In this document: positions 14,401-27,369 of the stretch, piece after piece
How positions within the stretch are numbered: position 1 is the stretch's first letter
Layout: each line of letters starts with the position of its first letter
Origin: Pseudogymnoascus verrucosus
Taxonomy: Eukaryota
DNA: 64,000 nucleotides
Assembly: GCA_001662655.1 (NCBI GenBank)
Contig: KV460206.1
Strand: one strand, 5' to 3'
Program-made: the position numbers and the translations under genes
The notes under the pieces: generated by a model
Told to the model about the DNA's origin: nothing
The model's database searches: none
Seen by the model: only the letters and a program-made list of their open reading frames with translations

Positions 14401-14670
14401 ACAGAACTGCTAAAGCTTGTATTAGAACAGTCCAGCCATCCAGACAAGGAGGTTCGGCTGGCTCTTTGCTGGCTTGTCATCAACCTGACGTGGGTTGAAG
14501 ACGACCAAGACACTGTAACTCGCACTCAACGGGTCCGAGAGTTGACAAAGTTGGGGTTTCTTGCAAAAATGGAAGTTCTTGAGCGTGACTGCGATTTAGA
14601 TGTTCGTGACCGAGCAAAGACGGCACTTTGGCAAATGAAGCAGACGACTGTTCCAGCTTCATCGCGATAA
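11429..14670 (+). CDS. Armadillo-repeat protein, ARMC8/Vid28(Gid5)-like GID/CTLH complex subunit
   Basis: Three exons (introns ~11720-11772 and ~13567-13614). Motifs ALRTLKNDIIGHQQRKE, LSRSVSILRTTLVD, LRLNALWALKH, LDVRDRAKTAL. Confidence 0.85.
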
Positions 14671-14899
14671 ACCCATAGGCACCAGCGCGTCTCAGCTTAG
14701 TTTGTATATAATAGTACATACGTTTTATTAAGTAACTTAACTACTTCAACTTGTTGAAAGCTTCCTTTTTCATTATGTATGGACCTAGTGGCTTAAGTTG
14801 GTGCTGCCAGGTCCGCGACGAAACGACGGGCGAGGTTCCAACGAACTATCCACTTGCGAATCGATGGATTGCAACAACCTTCAATCAAGCTTCATCCCG

Positions 14900-16200
14900 T
14901 AAACTACGTAGTACCCTCTATTAGGAGATGCAGGGGCATTCTATGTCGACTACCTGTGTCTGTCAAGGTTCAATTAGGACGATGTTAGGGTTAGACGTAT
15001 ATTACGTCATTTAGCAAGACCTGTCACTACGATCGGTGATTATGGGCATGGAATACCTCCACCAGCTCTAAACTATCTTACGTTTTCATCTTTATTTTTC
15101 AAGGTAGCTTAAGCGGGATGGGATTATATTTAAGTCCGTAAATTTAATAATAAAAGGCAACATAACTATTTTAATAATGGCATACCATGAGTTAGTTAGT
15201 TAGTTATTTAAGTTAAAGACAGTAGGAATTGCCGTACTTAATACTTACTACCTCTAATTAATGATTATATAATTATATATTACCTATAGTATTTAGGGTA
15301 GCAATTATAATATTTTATATATTTTAGGTTGACTTTTAATATTTATAACGACTAATATTAGAACTACTAATACAAATTAAAACCATTAACGTAAGTCGTG
15401 GCGTACTGCGGGTAATGGCGTACTGCGGGTATGTACCTTTACAGCTAAATTTATATGTAAAGGTACTTAAATCCTAAAAACTTTTAACCTCTAATAACTC
15501 TATTAATAAAATTATTAGAACTTATTCATCTTATAAATAAGATGTTTATATACGTATACGCTATGCTTAATTACGCTATTATGTAAGCTAGCCTTATGCA
15601 GAAGATATTAACAAGTGTAGATTTGCTATACAAATATTTTGTATAGCAAATACTTATACTTCTAATAACTTATGTAACTTAATATAGTTGCTTCTAGTGT
15701 TTTCACATATTAATTATTAGTATATATAGACCCTTTATATAAGAGGAATAAATTATAATAAATTTATTAACAGAGTTATTTAACTTTGAAGTTTTAGGAT
15801 TTAAGTACCTTCACATATAAATTTAGCTGTAAAGGTACATACCCGCAGTACGCCATTACCCGCAGTACGCCACGACTTACGTTAAAGCTTACGTGATAAC
15901 TTAGAACACGAAAAACTTAGTATACAAATGGGGTGGTTGTTGTAAAAGATAAGTAAAATTCTAACACATAGGTGGCTGTTCTGTTATTTTAAAATAGTTA
16001 GTTAGGTGGTAGATTTGATATTTACGATAATTTAGTAGGCAATTAACTGCGTAACAACAAAGAGGGTAAATTGACGAGGTAGGAATTAATTTCCCAAACG
16101 TTGAGATAACTTAGTGGTGGCAGGTGACAATAATGGTTATGGGTAACAGTGCATACAAATTTGATGATCGGCATTTGATTGATTAGCTGCACACAAGACA
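14900..16200. other. AT-rich, TpA-rich intergenic island around the MITE (possible RIP-degraded transposon relic)
   Basis: Sharp drop in GC relative to flanking genes, abundant TA/TAA, no credible ORF. Confidence 0.5.
15389..15882. mobile_element. Non-autonomous pogo/Fot1-type MITE (494 bp), fold-back structure
   Basis: ACGT termini, TA on both flanks (15387-88, 15883-84). 91-bp TIRs (15389-15479 / 15792-15882) with one mismatch, each holding a 17-bp-period direct repeat TGGCGTACTGCGGGTA. No ORF. Confidence 0.9.
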
Positions 16201-16274
16201 TATTTCCGAGGGTATCATGAATCGACCGCCAGCAATCTAACAAAACTAATAGTAGGACAACGAACGCCGATTTG

Positions 16275-18093
16275 TTATACCCCCCCCGGCTTTGGGCTAT
16301 TCGCTGCGCTACCCCCGCCTCTTTTCACTAGACCTGCAAAGAACGATGCCAATGCCTCGTTTTGGGACTTTCCATCTGGTGTTGACACGCTGGGAGTTTC
16401 CGTGTCCAAGTTCCGGTTGTGGTCCTATTTTAATCAGCATGATTGAACCCTAGCGTTATTATTCTCAAGAGGCATTCATATCATACGTACCGTTAATCGT
16501 TTGAGCATATCATCTACGTCGACTTCGATACCCCCCATGTTACATTGTACAGGCCCAATGTGGCTTTCAACTGGAACGATAGCCTCATCCTGGAAGAATT
16601 TCTGCCTAGTCGAGCGCTCTCGCTCAGGTTCTGCAGTGTTACGGATATGATCTAGAGCCTCGAGCTGGGCGGTTAGGAATGCTTGCGTTTCCTGGCTTTT
16701 AATCTCTAATTTCTGGCCGGTGGAGTTGACGTGCATATTGGAAGCGCCATCGCGTCGAGGATCTCGGATAGCCTCTTCGTAGGTGGATATGGCACTCAAA
16801 CGTCCCCCAGATGTTTGGGAATCCGTTCGGGGCTCGCTCTGATCACTTTCCATCTTTTTTTTGCTGGTGTATACTGGATCTTCCTCAATGTCACAAGTCC
16901 ACCCTTGGCTCATTCGCTCGACATCGAAACCATCTCTGAGAACTCGGATCTTTCCCCAAGAGTCCCAATTTGGCGGAACAACAACCTTATCCCGATCGAT
17001 GACGTTATGCTTCAAAGTCAGTTTTTTTAATAGTGGTTGAATACCAAGTGACGAGTGTATCAGAGGTCGGAGTTGACTTGGCGCAGAAGGTATTGTATAT
17101 ATGAGAGAGGCGCCATCTAAGCCTCAACATTAGCATGTGGAACACTGCAGGCGACAAGGAGGTATTACGTTTAAGTAATATGGTTCGCAGCGTCTGCAAA
17201 ACGAAGTCGAACTCTTCTTCCTTCCAGGCACTCTCCCTTTCCAGTGTCTCCATTTCGTCGGACTGTTCATAATAAGTATTATAACAGTATCTGTGATCAA
17301 GAACTACTCACATTCTGACAAACGACACACAATGGCAGCCCTAATGCATCCTCCCATTCTCCAGGACCTAGGGGCAGACTGACTTCACCTTCAGATGAAA
17401 GAGAACTTCCACCATCCAATGCCGTTCCCTTTCCTCTGTCACGCCAGCGGATCATGACTTCTTCCATCTTGGCCTTGCACTCAGGACTCAGTGAGACGAG
17501 TAATACCCGCAGTAACTTCACCCAGTCCCTCAATTGTTGCAACCAGAGCCATGGCTCAGACCAGTCGAGTAAAACGACAATCAAGGTATTTGGTATTGAC
17601 TCGGGTGTGAGGAGCGACCGCAAGAGCGGAGTGAAGGTTGGAGATGAATCTGCCAACAAGTACAAGGACAGCCGGGCTATGGTATCTTTGATGTGTCAGT
17701 TAGGTGAAGCAGCCCAGGATGTCAGAAGTTCATACCCTCATGGTCAGCGTCCAGAACGTCGTGGTAGGTATACCCAAGTGCAAAATCGTTTGCCACAGGC
17801 GGCTTCCTGTTTCCATGCCGGCCCTGGGATCTTTTCGTTGATGATTCCGAAGATAGGGCCTCCAAGAACTCTTTTTGGCTCTCAGACGAGCCTCCTGTGG
17901 GTTTATTAGAAGGTCGTCCATGTGAACATCTCGGTATTTTTGGCCTACCTAGAACAAAAACATTCCTCTCTGGAAGGCGCTTTCCACTAGCTACACTGTC
18001 CAACATAGAGGACCACATCTCCTTCTTCGACGTGTCCTGGCTCTTATGCACGTCATCTTCCGTGAATTGGGGGTTTGGTGTGTGTATTGACAT
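16275..18093 (-). CDS. Cytoplasmic dynein light intermediate chain
   Basis: Multi-exon. MWSSMLDSVASGKRLPE, PPVANDFALGYTY, LLDWSEPW, LGLPLCVVCQN, DRDKVVVPPNWDSWGKIRVL, C-terminal NEALASFFAGL helix. Confidence 0.92.
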
Positions 18094-18419
18094 GATTGTT
18101 TATCGTGTTTCCAATTGCAGTATCTCAAAGCTTGCCCAGAGTGGATCAGGCCGTATGTGTGGCTCACAACCAGTTGCTCATTTCTCTACTAACAGAGGCG
18201 TCAATAGGCTCCATATGCGCTCATTTATTGCTGTGAAATGTGAAATGCTCTCTTCGGAAGTTGGCGTGGTAGGCCTCCTTTTGGTTGACTTTACTACGGA
18301 GTTGAAGGTACCTATCCGTCGATAACGGGACCTCCCGTGTGTCAGCCTTGCAGATAATAAATAAGTAACAGGTCCTCCTGGGCACGACAACAACGTCAAT
18401 CACACACAGTCCCGTAACC

Positions 18420-19253
18420 ATGAATAGCATACGCCAAGTCCAAGAGCTGAACAGGAGAGAGCTAGAAAATGGAGTGTATGTTAAGGAAACTCCATTGAAC
18501 TTGAGTTATAGTGGTTCACGCCTTCTAACGAGCATTAGTTCCCCAGAGGCGTCATGGCATTCCGACTACAAAGATACGGCGTATATTTACATAGGAGGGC
18601 TGCCGTTCCAGCTGTCTGAGGGCGACATCATAACTATTTTTTCTCAGTATGGCGAACCGACTTTTATAAATCTTGTGCGCGACAAAGAAACAGGGGAATC
18701 CAAAGGATTTGCTTTCCTGAAATACGAAGACCAAAGGAGTACAGACCTTGCCGTTGATAACCTCGGTGGCACAAAAATCATGAACAGAGTCCTTAGAGTT
18801 GATCATACAAGATACAAGAAGCAGGATGAGGAGCCAGATAAAGGACTTGTCCTGGACGATAAAGGCATTCGCTCGAATATAAACGACTCTGCGGGGCCCA
18901 ATAACCACGGGAAGGAGAGAGAACGACTGATGTCGAAGGAGGAACGTGAGCTTAAGGCTCTCGAGGACGAACATGATGATGAAGACCCCATGAAAGAATT
19001 CCTTATTCGCGAGAAAAGGGAAGAGGTTGCGGCGAGGTTGCGGCGAGGTCAAGATGAGAAACCCAGATCCCGGGACCACAGAGAGAGGCACCACCACCGG
19101 AGTCGTCGCTCTTCCAGGTCACGTAGTCCTAGAGAAAGGGCTCACCACTCTCGTCGGGATAATTCTAGGAAAAGGTCACGTTACGACAGCCACAGGACCG
19201 TACGTGAAGATGAAGAGGTGAAATATGCACGTGGGTCGAAGGAAAAGTTCTAA
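18420..19253 (+). CDS. IST3: RES-complex RRM protein Ist3/Snu17 (RBMX2 homolog)
   Basis: [55 protein letters not shown]. In-frame intron ~18476-18538. RS-rich tail. Confidence 0.93.
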   Translation: MNSIRQVQELNRRELENGVYVKETPLNLSYSGSRLLTSISSPEASWHSDYKDTAYIYIGGLPFQLSEGDIITIFSQYGEPTFINLVRDKETGESKGFAFLKYEDQRSTDLAVDNLGGTKIMNRVLRVDHTRYKKQDEEPDKGLVLDDKGIRSNINDSAGPNNHGKERERLMSKEERELKALEDEHDDEDPMKEFLIREKREEVAARLRRGQDEKPRSRDHRERHHHRSRRSSRSRSPRERAHHSRRDNSRKRSRYDSHRTVREDEEVKYARGSKEKF

Positions 19254-19551
19254 GTTATTTCATGGCTGGAATTGATATGTGGTAACAACTAGGCCAACTA
19301 CAACCAAAATTCGCATTTCCAGATACCAAGCCGGACGATAAGGATCTTGATCAACCGCCGCAAATATTATGTCTACTTCCAAATACTCGTATGTTTGCTG
19401 AAGAGATGCCGTAGATTCCCGGCTGCTTATTGGCTTGGTTTGAGTGGAATGCTCTTGGAATCGAACATCCATCGCCCAATTTTGGTCACGTTGATTGAGC
19501 ATGCGCGGCCCAATCGTAATACCAAGTATTATTCCCTGATCGAGAGCCTCA

Positions 19552-20946
19552 TCATGATGGGCCAAGATACCTCTTCCAGCCATCACGGACGCAATATCGC
19601 TTTCCATCCTCGCCTTCTGCAAGGATAAATTTTTCCCACCGCCCGTCACGTCCAGCACTAATGACAATGAGGCTGTGGTCACTGGTCCAGCCGATAACTC
19701 CCTTCCGCGGTCTAGAGGCTCCAGAAGTGCTGTCAAGAAGTGAGGACTCTTGAGGTACGGCATCGCCCATCTCGAAATGTGCCGATGCGAAAGAATAGAT
19801 ATCTGAGAACACACGTGGTAACATGGGTATTCTGCTGAGGATACCCCACTTCTGAGTTGGAGCTTCATCTCCCACCGGCGAAGGACTGCCACTACCCATC
19901 GATGTGAGGCGTCGGTTAGGATTGCTTGAATCTGGTCTTGCCACCTTTGAAGGATGGGGCATATCAAAGACATGCAACGTCGACTTGTCTGAGGTAACTG
20001 CCAGCATTTGGCTGGACGGTGAGATAGATATCGAAAAAATAGACGCATGGTCAACGCCCCGCCTTAACTCGGCAATACGAGCACCATTGCTTGTTCCAAA
20101 TACGCGTATCAATGTGCCCTATGACGAATGTCAGACACTCCGGTGCAGGATATAGGACGAGAGATACTCACCGTCTCGCTTGCCGTTGCCATGATCTCAC
20201 CGTCGGGACTAATTTCAATAGCCCGCAAGGGAGATGTATGTGCCGGGATGATTCGCACACCTCCCGTTTCCAGTTCAACCAAATGCACCTGACCTGGAGT
20301 ACGCCCAGGGAACGCCAGCAATTGTGACGATAAGCAACAGAGGCCCAGGGGGTTGTCGGCAGTCTCGGAAATAGAAACCTTTTCTGGAGGGGAAGAGAAA
20401 ACATACACATGGACGCTGTTCTGTAGTACGACGACGATCCGTTGTCTCGTTAATCGAACCCTTCGGACTGCAGTCCCAAATTCAAGAGTTATTACAGCCT
20501 TCTGTTTCGCATCATCCCATATTATCACCTGGCCGTCTCAGCGTATGTGGTGTTGAATCTCTGTGAATGTCTCACCTTATTGAGTGGGAATTTGGGTTGC
20601 TTCCCCCCTCCAACCAGTGCTATATAATTCGCTCTGGCCAACATGTCCACGGCTCCCACCCCGCCATTGAAATCTATGGCCGTAGGTTAGTTTTTAATAA
20701 TGAGTGTGAACGTTCAACAGTCCAACAGGCACCCATACCTCGTGATGCCCGTAGCTCGCACGGGTCAGAATTGAAAACTACAAGAGACCATTAGAATAGT
20801 TCATAATTCAACATCAGCGGATGACTCCCCAACATACTACAAAACCCAGAGTCCAGCCCAACTGAAAAGCACGTTGCGTCGTCGTTGAAGGCTGCGTACA
20901 ACGCCACAGGGCTAACCGACGGCTCGATGGTTGGCCTTGTATTCAT
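19552..20946 (-). CDS. HSV2: PROPPIN WD40 protein Hsv2 (Atg18/WIPI family)
   Basis: [10 protein letters not shown]...[40 protein letters not shown] lipid-binding motif (ELRRGVDHA), [10 protein letters not shown]. Several introns. Confidence 0.9.
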
Positions 20947-21780
20947 ATTCAGTAAATCTTGGCAGCTACGACTGCTATGAGGGCTAAAACAAAGGCAAAT
21001 CTAGAAAGGGAAGCCTTTCGTTCTTGCTAAGCTAGGTCCTGTAGGCGCATTGCGGTTCTGTATGTGCTGTGGCGAAGAAGGTTTAACCCCGCCAGATCAG
21101 AAGGTTACGGTAGTTCCTGTCAAACACGGACTGATTTGACAAAAGGTCCCCGCCCTGGGCACGCGCGCCTCGACGTTCTAGCGGCAAATAACGTGATAGA
21201 ATGTTTTAGGAAGTTCCTATTTATAAGTTTGCGTGATAAGTATTTTCTTTTCTCTCGAATTGGACGTCCTTGATGAGAATATAATGGGTAACTGAAGCCT
21301 TGTCAATTTTGCCTTTGGTCACAAGAGTGGTGGTATGGTAGGTGGTATGGATGGTATGGTAGTGTAGTAGCACCAAGATTGGTAGTAGCACCATAATAAT
21401 ATGGTTGAGAGTACTGGGAGTACTCCCTATGACATGGTACATCTAACTTGGTAAGGATGGTAAGGATTACCACTGTTAGTGCCTCTTCAGCCTCGTCTCT
21501 GCAAGTACCTTACCATAGTAGTACTACAGTAAACGTTAGTAGTGTATTCTGAAAGGGAGGTGGACCAAATAGGCTAGTCCCAATTTGACCCCATCACCTT
21601 ACCTTGGGCCCTGAATTTCGCTACTTCCCAGTGCCAACCCCTAACTTTCATATCGGAGACCTCCCCATTAACCTCTTCTACACTCGGGAGCATCAACATC
21701 TCACTTACACCTCCTTCCACCATACTCTATTACTCTTCGAATTCAATTGCGCATCCCGATATCTAGATTGTCCGACAGCC

Positions 21781-23304
21781 ATGTCTTCTCCATTGGGCGC
21801 AGTGAGCACTCCCTATCGCATACCGAACAAATCATTGTGCTAACCTTTAGATGTCCCAGATCCGGATCCGCAAGAAGAAGAACGTGAAGAAGTATGGCCT
21901 TGATCTGATTTACGCTTGAGATCTGCTGCTAACCTGTCTGTTTCCTTCAGAGGTATCCAATTCAGCATTGCTGTCGTGGGCGCATCTGGCTCTGGTGAGA
22001 GGATCTCCCTCAAACGCGTCTATCAGTGTCGGGAACTAACATTTTGAGAAGGCCGAACAACTTTCGTCAACACCCTCTGCGGCAAGAAGGTGCTTCCTGG
22101 CAAGGACGATGATGATGCAGCGAATGCGCATATCGAGGAAGGCGTCAAAATCAAGCCAATCACTGTCGGTGAGCAAAGCCTCGAATATACTGCCAACGGA
22201 AACAACACTGATTCGGATAACAGAACTCGAGTTGGACGAAGAGGGAACGCGTATTTCTCTAACTGTTGTCGATACACCCGGTTTCGGAGATCAAATTGAC
22301 AACGAGGCGAGGTAGGAACTCATCAGAGATAGTCTCCTTATACGAGTTTACTGACAACGGTATAGCTTCGGCGAGATTGTTGGCTATCTCGAGCGACAGT
22401 ACGATGACATTCTCGCAGAGGAGTCGCGCATTAAGCGTAACCCACGATTCCGCGACAATCGTGTTCATGCTCTTCTCTACTTTATTACTCCTACAGGACA
22501 CGGGTATGCACCCCCTCATCTAAAGCGATATTCGATCTGACTGGTATAGACTACGTGAACTAGATATTGAACTCATGAAGCGACTTTCACCAAGAGTCAA
22601 TGTGATCCCTGTCATCGGGAAAGCTGACTCTCTTACGCCCGCTGAGTTGGCCGAATCCAAGAAGCTTGTCATGGAGGATATCGAGCACTATCGCATTCCA
22701 GTGTACAACTTCCCTTACGACATCGAGGAGGACGATGAGGATACTGTCGAAGAGAATGCTGAGCTTCGAGGTCTCATGCCGTTTGCTATTGTCGGCTCTG
22801 AGGAAGTCGTTGAGATCGGTGGTCGCAAAGTTAGAGCCAGACAGTACCCGTGGGGTGTTGTAGAGGTTGATAACCCCAGACACTCTGACTTCCTTGCTAT
22901 CCGTAGTGCTCTTCTGCACAGTCACTTGGCGGATCTGAAGGAGATTACTCATGACTTCCTCTACGAAAACTACCGTACCGAGAAGCTCAGCAAGAGTGTT
23001 GATGGCGGCGCTGGAGCGTAAGTTCCCCAGTGAGGAGATACAGTCGTATGTTTACTGATATTTTACTAGGGACTCTTCTATGAACCCCGAGGATCTTGCC
23101 TCACAATCTGTCAGGCTCAAGGAGGAGCAACTTCGCAGAGAAGAGGAGAAGCTGCGCGAGATCGAGATCAAGGTGCAGCGCGAGATCAACGAGAAGAGAC
23201 AAGAACTTTTGGCCCGCGAGAGCCAGCTGAAGGAGATCGAAGCAAGGATGCACCGCGAACAGACTGCGCATCTCGAGGCCACGAATGGCCACGCCGAGGA
23301 GTGA
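21781..23304 (+). CDS. CDC11: Septin Cdc11 (AspA group)
   Basis: Spliced G1 motif GASGSGRTTFVNTLC, DTPGFGD, GKADSL, septin unique element RQYPWG, C-terminal coiled coil. Confidence 0.9.
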
Positions 23305-23785
23305 GGTGCTAAAATGATTCCATTGCCGCGTTGTCAATCTTATTCTGGGACGATAGCGTTTCCCGACCGCCGAGCGATACCTCTTTGTGGATTGTTTTTG
23401 CATGGGAGAGGTATTTTTTGTACTCTCAAAACTCATGTAGCTTTTCTTTCAGTTTCTATTTTGCAAACAAGGAGACTCGGTTAAGCTGCCCTCAGTCTGT
23501 TACTAATATGCTACGAATGTTGAACGATGGTGTTGTACTATGTTAGAGTGTTATTCATGAAAATCTTCCCCCTGAATTGTTGCCCCCAAAAAAAATAAAG
23601 TGATATGCTACGTGGATGCCATACTACTGAGCCTGTTGGAGCATCGGCCTATTGAGGTATCACAGGAGAGACTCAAGAGGTTATATTATGACATTGAAGT
23701 GCTGCACTGTACAACTAAACGGATAGACGGTTACCGTGGCCCGTACCACAGCCTTACTACTTACTGCTTACTATACTGGACTATG

Positions 23786-23887
23786 CAAGTAAGCTAGGGA
23801 AAGAAAGAAAGAAGCTATATTCAAAGACTATACGGCACCTACACAAGCAAGTAAGCTGGGGAAAGAAAGAAGCTATATTCACAGACT
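23786..23887. repeat. Short direct duplication (~45-bp copies, ~61 bp apart)
   Basis: GCAAGTAAGCT(A/G)GGGAAAGAAAG(AAAG)AAGCTATATTCA(A/C)AGACT occurs twice. Confidence 0.75.
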
Positions 23888-24165
23888 GGAGAAGGTGTGG
23901 AGCCGCGGCTGCATGAATGATGGGTACGTACCTCTAGTATCGTACATGGATATTGGAGCAAGCGAATCATGACTAAGAAACGGTGACGACCCCTGTCGCC
24001 ACTTGGTGGGACTCCCGTGGAGGATGTTGGAGCCTGCCGCTGACCTGACATCGCCTTGAACCTTCACAGATCAGATCAAGAGTATAGCTCTACTCCGTAA
24101 CGGACCGCCAAACGAATTACCATACTACGAGGCTCAGCGGCTGGCTTCTATAACGCCTTGTGACG

Positions 24166-25247
24166 ATGGCCGATACCACGAAATATACTCAGGCGCGCCA
24201 GCGCGATTCCCTCGATGACGCCCACTACACCCAGGCCCCACCATCGTATGAAGACCAGCCCAGCTCAAGCAGGGACGAAGACGCACTGCTCGGTGGCCCA
24301 AGGAACAGCGAGGATAATGTTCCAGATGACTTCAAGGTATTTGACCACGCTGGTCTAGTCCAGACATGATCATGACTGACTCGATTTAGTTTGGGGGATC
24401 TGTGGCGGAGGCCACAATCGATATTCGAATGCAGTTCGTACGAAAGGTCTACGCTATCCTGTAAGTTGCCCTTCCTCGCCCACCAGAGGGCTCTTTACTG
24501 ACATAACCAAGCACTGTGCAATTGCTAGCAACCGCCGTCCTGAGCTCGATATCTTTCTTCCACAGTGGCTACAAGGACTGGATTCAGAGTAACCAGTGGA
24601 TGATGTGGACTTCTGTATGCATTTCCGGCCCTTCATCCTGTTGATTTTTCGGTTTTGGGTTATCTTACAAATATTGAGCATCGTGCTGACATAGTCCCAG
24701 ATGTTTGGTGCAATCGGGTTCATGTTACTCACGTATTGGAAACGGAAGTCCTATCCGACCAATCTCCTTTTCCTGGCCGGTTTCACAGGTCTCGAGGCAT
24801 ACGCCATCTCCGTGGTCGTGTCCTTCTACCAATCCCGACTTGTTCTCCAGGCTGTTTTGATAACCGCGGGGCTCTTCATTGGCCTGACCCTTTTCGCCTG
24901 CCAAACCAAGTATGATTTCACCTCGTGGATGCCATACCTGTTCGGTACGCTGTGGGCGGTGATATTGTTTGGCTTCATGGCAGCATTCTTTCCACATAAC
25001 AGCACAGTTGAGTTGGCATACTCGGGAATCGCTGCGCTGCTTTTCTCGGCGTATATCCTTGTCGATACGCAGCTGATTATGCGTCATTATCACGTGGAGG
25101 AGGAGATTGCAGTAAGTGCAGCAGCCTTTGTGGAAATGACACCTCATTCTAACGGTACGATTGTAGGCAAGCATTTCCCTATACCTCGATATTCTCAACT
25201 TGTTCCTCGCCATTCTTAGGATCCTCAACAACCAGCAGAATAATTAA
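24166..25247 (+). CDS. BXI1: Bax inhibitor-1/TMBIM family protein
   Basis: DNVPDDFKFGGSVAEATIDIRMQFVRKVY, KRKSYPTNLLFL, FACQTKYDFT, YILVDTQLIM, SLYLDILNLFLAILRILN. Multi-exon. Confidence 0.92.
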
Positions 25248-26282
25248 GGGCGGCACCGATTCAATATCCTGGGTTACAAGTAACCCTCTCCGCTCCAAGA
25301 TATGGGGAAGTGAATAGCGTTTAATAGTGAAGATTACAGGGACAGGGTTTGGCGTCGACTACTGGGGATCAGTAGATGTTTTTTGGGAACTATCTTATGT
25401 TGTCAAAACGTATCCGTAACTTTTACTTTAGCACGCGTTGTCGTATCTGTATTCTAGGGCCTCTGAAGAATACATGCCAGTACCACGTATAATTTCATGT
25501 GGTTCATATAGTGAAGTAATCGCCGAGGTTTTCCACTTTCCCCTACTCAAGCCTTTGTCGTCAGTTGGTGGGTGCTGAGCTTATGCACTCCCACGAGCGG
25601 CAAACGCTCATCTGGGCCATATCAAAAGTTCACATGTTAGTAGCACTAGCATCATAACGCTCCCTGGGCGTATTGATGGGAAGGAACTGCTGGGAAGATT
25701 TGGGCATGGCAAGGGCGTTTGAAGGGTGTCTCCATAGAGTAGGCCCATAGAGCGAGCAGACCTCTAAATATACAGGCACGATCTGCAAATGGACCTCTGC
25801 CGTAGCACTCTTGACATCAATATTACAACACACTCTCCAGCAGCCTCCAAGCCAACCACAGACATATCAGGGGCCATATCAACAATATCTATAATTGTCA
25901 TTTACACTTTTCAATTTCAACCAGTGAGTGTATTTATGTAACATTTTCCTGAGTCCACCACGAGATGGGAATGCCTGACGGCGAGTAGCCCAGATGTATG
26001 TGCCATATTCCCCCATCATCAATCCAACGCCAGTTGCAAGTCCAACAAGATGTCTTCCCTAGAATAAACCGCTAATACAGAACTTCCCAGCAGCCTCGAC
26101 CGCACACGGACGAGGCGAGGCTGGCACTTTAAAAGGAACATGTCCCGCTCTCGTGCCTTTCGTGCCAGAGCCGCGGGGCCAGAGGGCAAGAATACATTAA
26201 CAAAGGAAATTGATACCCGTACGATAGGGTGTGAGTACATAATCAGTCGTCATTACTTAAACCTGACAAATTCGCCATCGCA

Positions 26283-27369
26283 CTATAATAGAATGAGATA
26301 ATTCGAAGGGGCAATGCCCGTGTCGCCGTTGGCCTTCTTCGCTTGCCACCACCTTCCGCTCACGTCGGAAACCTCCAGGATCTCGTGTTTCGAGAAGCTG
26401 ATCTCGTTGGCGTCGTCGGGGTTCGCCTCGTATGAGTAGATGGCCTTCGCCCTGTAGGGGTATTCTGTCGGTGCAACAACCTCAGGGACGGTCTGCTCGG
26501 GAATCTGGCTCGGTGCGCCGGCCCCAGAGTTGACGGGGGCGGGGCTGTTGCCGAAGCGCTGCTGGATAGATCCCTTATCGGTTCCCATCCCTGCGTTGGT
26601 GAAGCCGGACTGGACAGGTGACGAGGTTTCGAATCCATTGAGTTGCGCGGAGGTGTACATCTGTGGAGCCTGGCGCGAAATAGAGGTATCAGGTCGGCCG
26701 GTTCCGTAGGCGTGAGACATGCCGCGGTTGCTGCTCGCAGAAGGCTGCTCTTTGTGGAGAGCGAACGAGTCGAGGTAGGCGCGGGATACCGCAGATGGAG
26801 TAGATCCGAAGTAAAATATCCAAACAACCTATAGCGAGTCAGTATTATGTGCAAAACGGTGCACGTCGAAGGAGATCTTACGATAACCATGCAGAGAAGT
26901 ATGTTTCCCGCAGCCATGGCATTCATCGACCCAACGGATTTGAAAATAACGCCGTTGACAGCTGAGCTTGTCAAGGTGAATCCAATAGCCAGGAAGCCAA
27001 CGACTGCTACGCTATAAGTCGCAGAAGTGTTGGAAGCGATAACCACAAAGACGCCGATAATGCAGGCAAGCATGTAGAAGACGGCGAACCAGGCGTAGCT
27101 CTGCACGTCGCCGTTCACATCGGTGACAATCGACCCAATAAGGGCGATTAACCAGGCCAGCTAATGGGGAGTTAGTTGGTGAGATGGCATTCTGTTGTTT
27201 CGGCAAGACTTACCAGCGCTATGGAGAGTGTGGCCAGAGCGAAAGGGTCGCCGAAGACATTATCCATGCTCATCCCGCCCATTCCCCCAGAGCGCCCTCT
27301 CATCGACGAGCCCATATTGCCGTTCATTTTGCGTAGTGATGGGGAGTGCAGCTCTCCGTAAGATGGCAT
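26283..27369 (-). CDS. SHO1: Osmosensor Sho1 (4 TM + SH3)
   Basis: [15 protein letters not shown] segments, C-terminal SH3 [27 protein letters not shown]...APSNYLILL. Two introns. Confidence 0.95.

Noticed and set aside
14984..14995. TTAGGGTTAG as an interstitial telomere
   Set aside because: Fewer than two full units.
19260..20054. 264-aa minus-strand ORF overlapping HSV2
   Set aside because: Alternative frame of the HSV2 last exon and 3' UTR with no recognisable motif.
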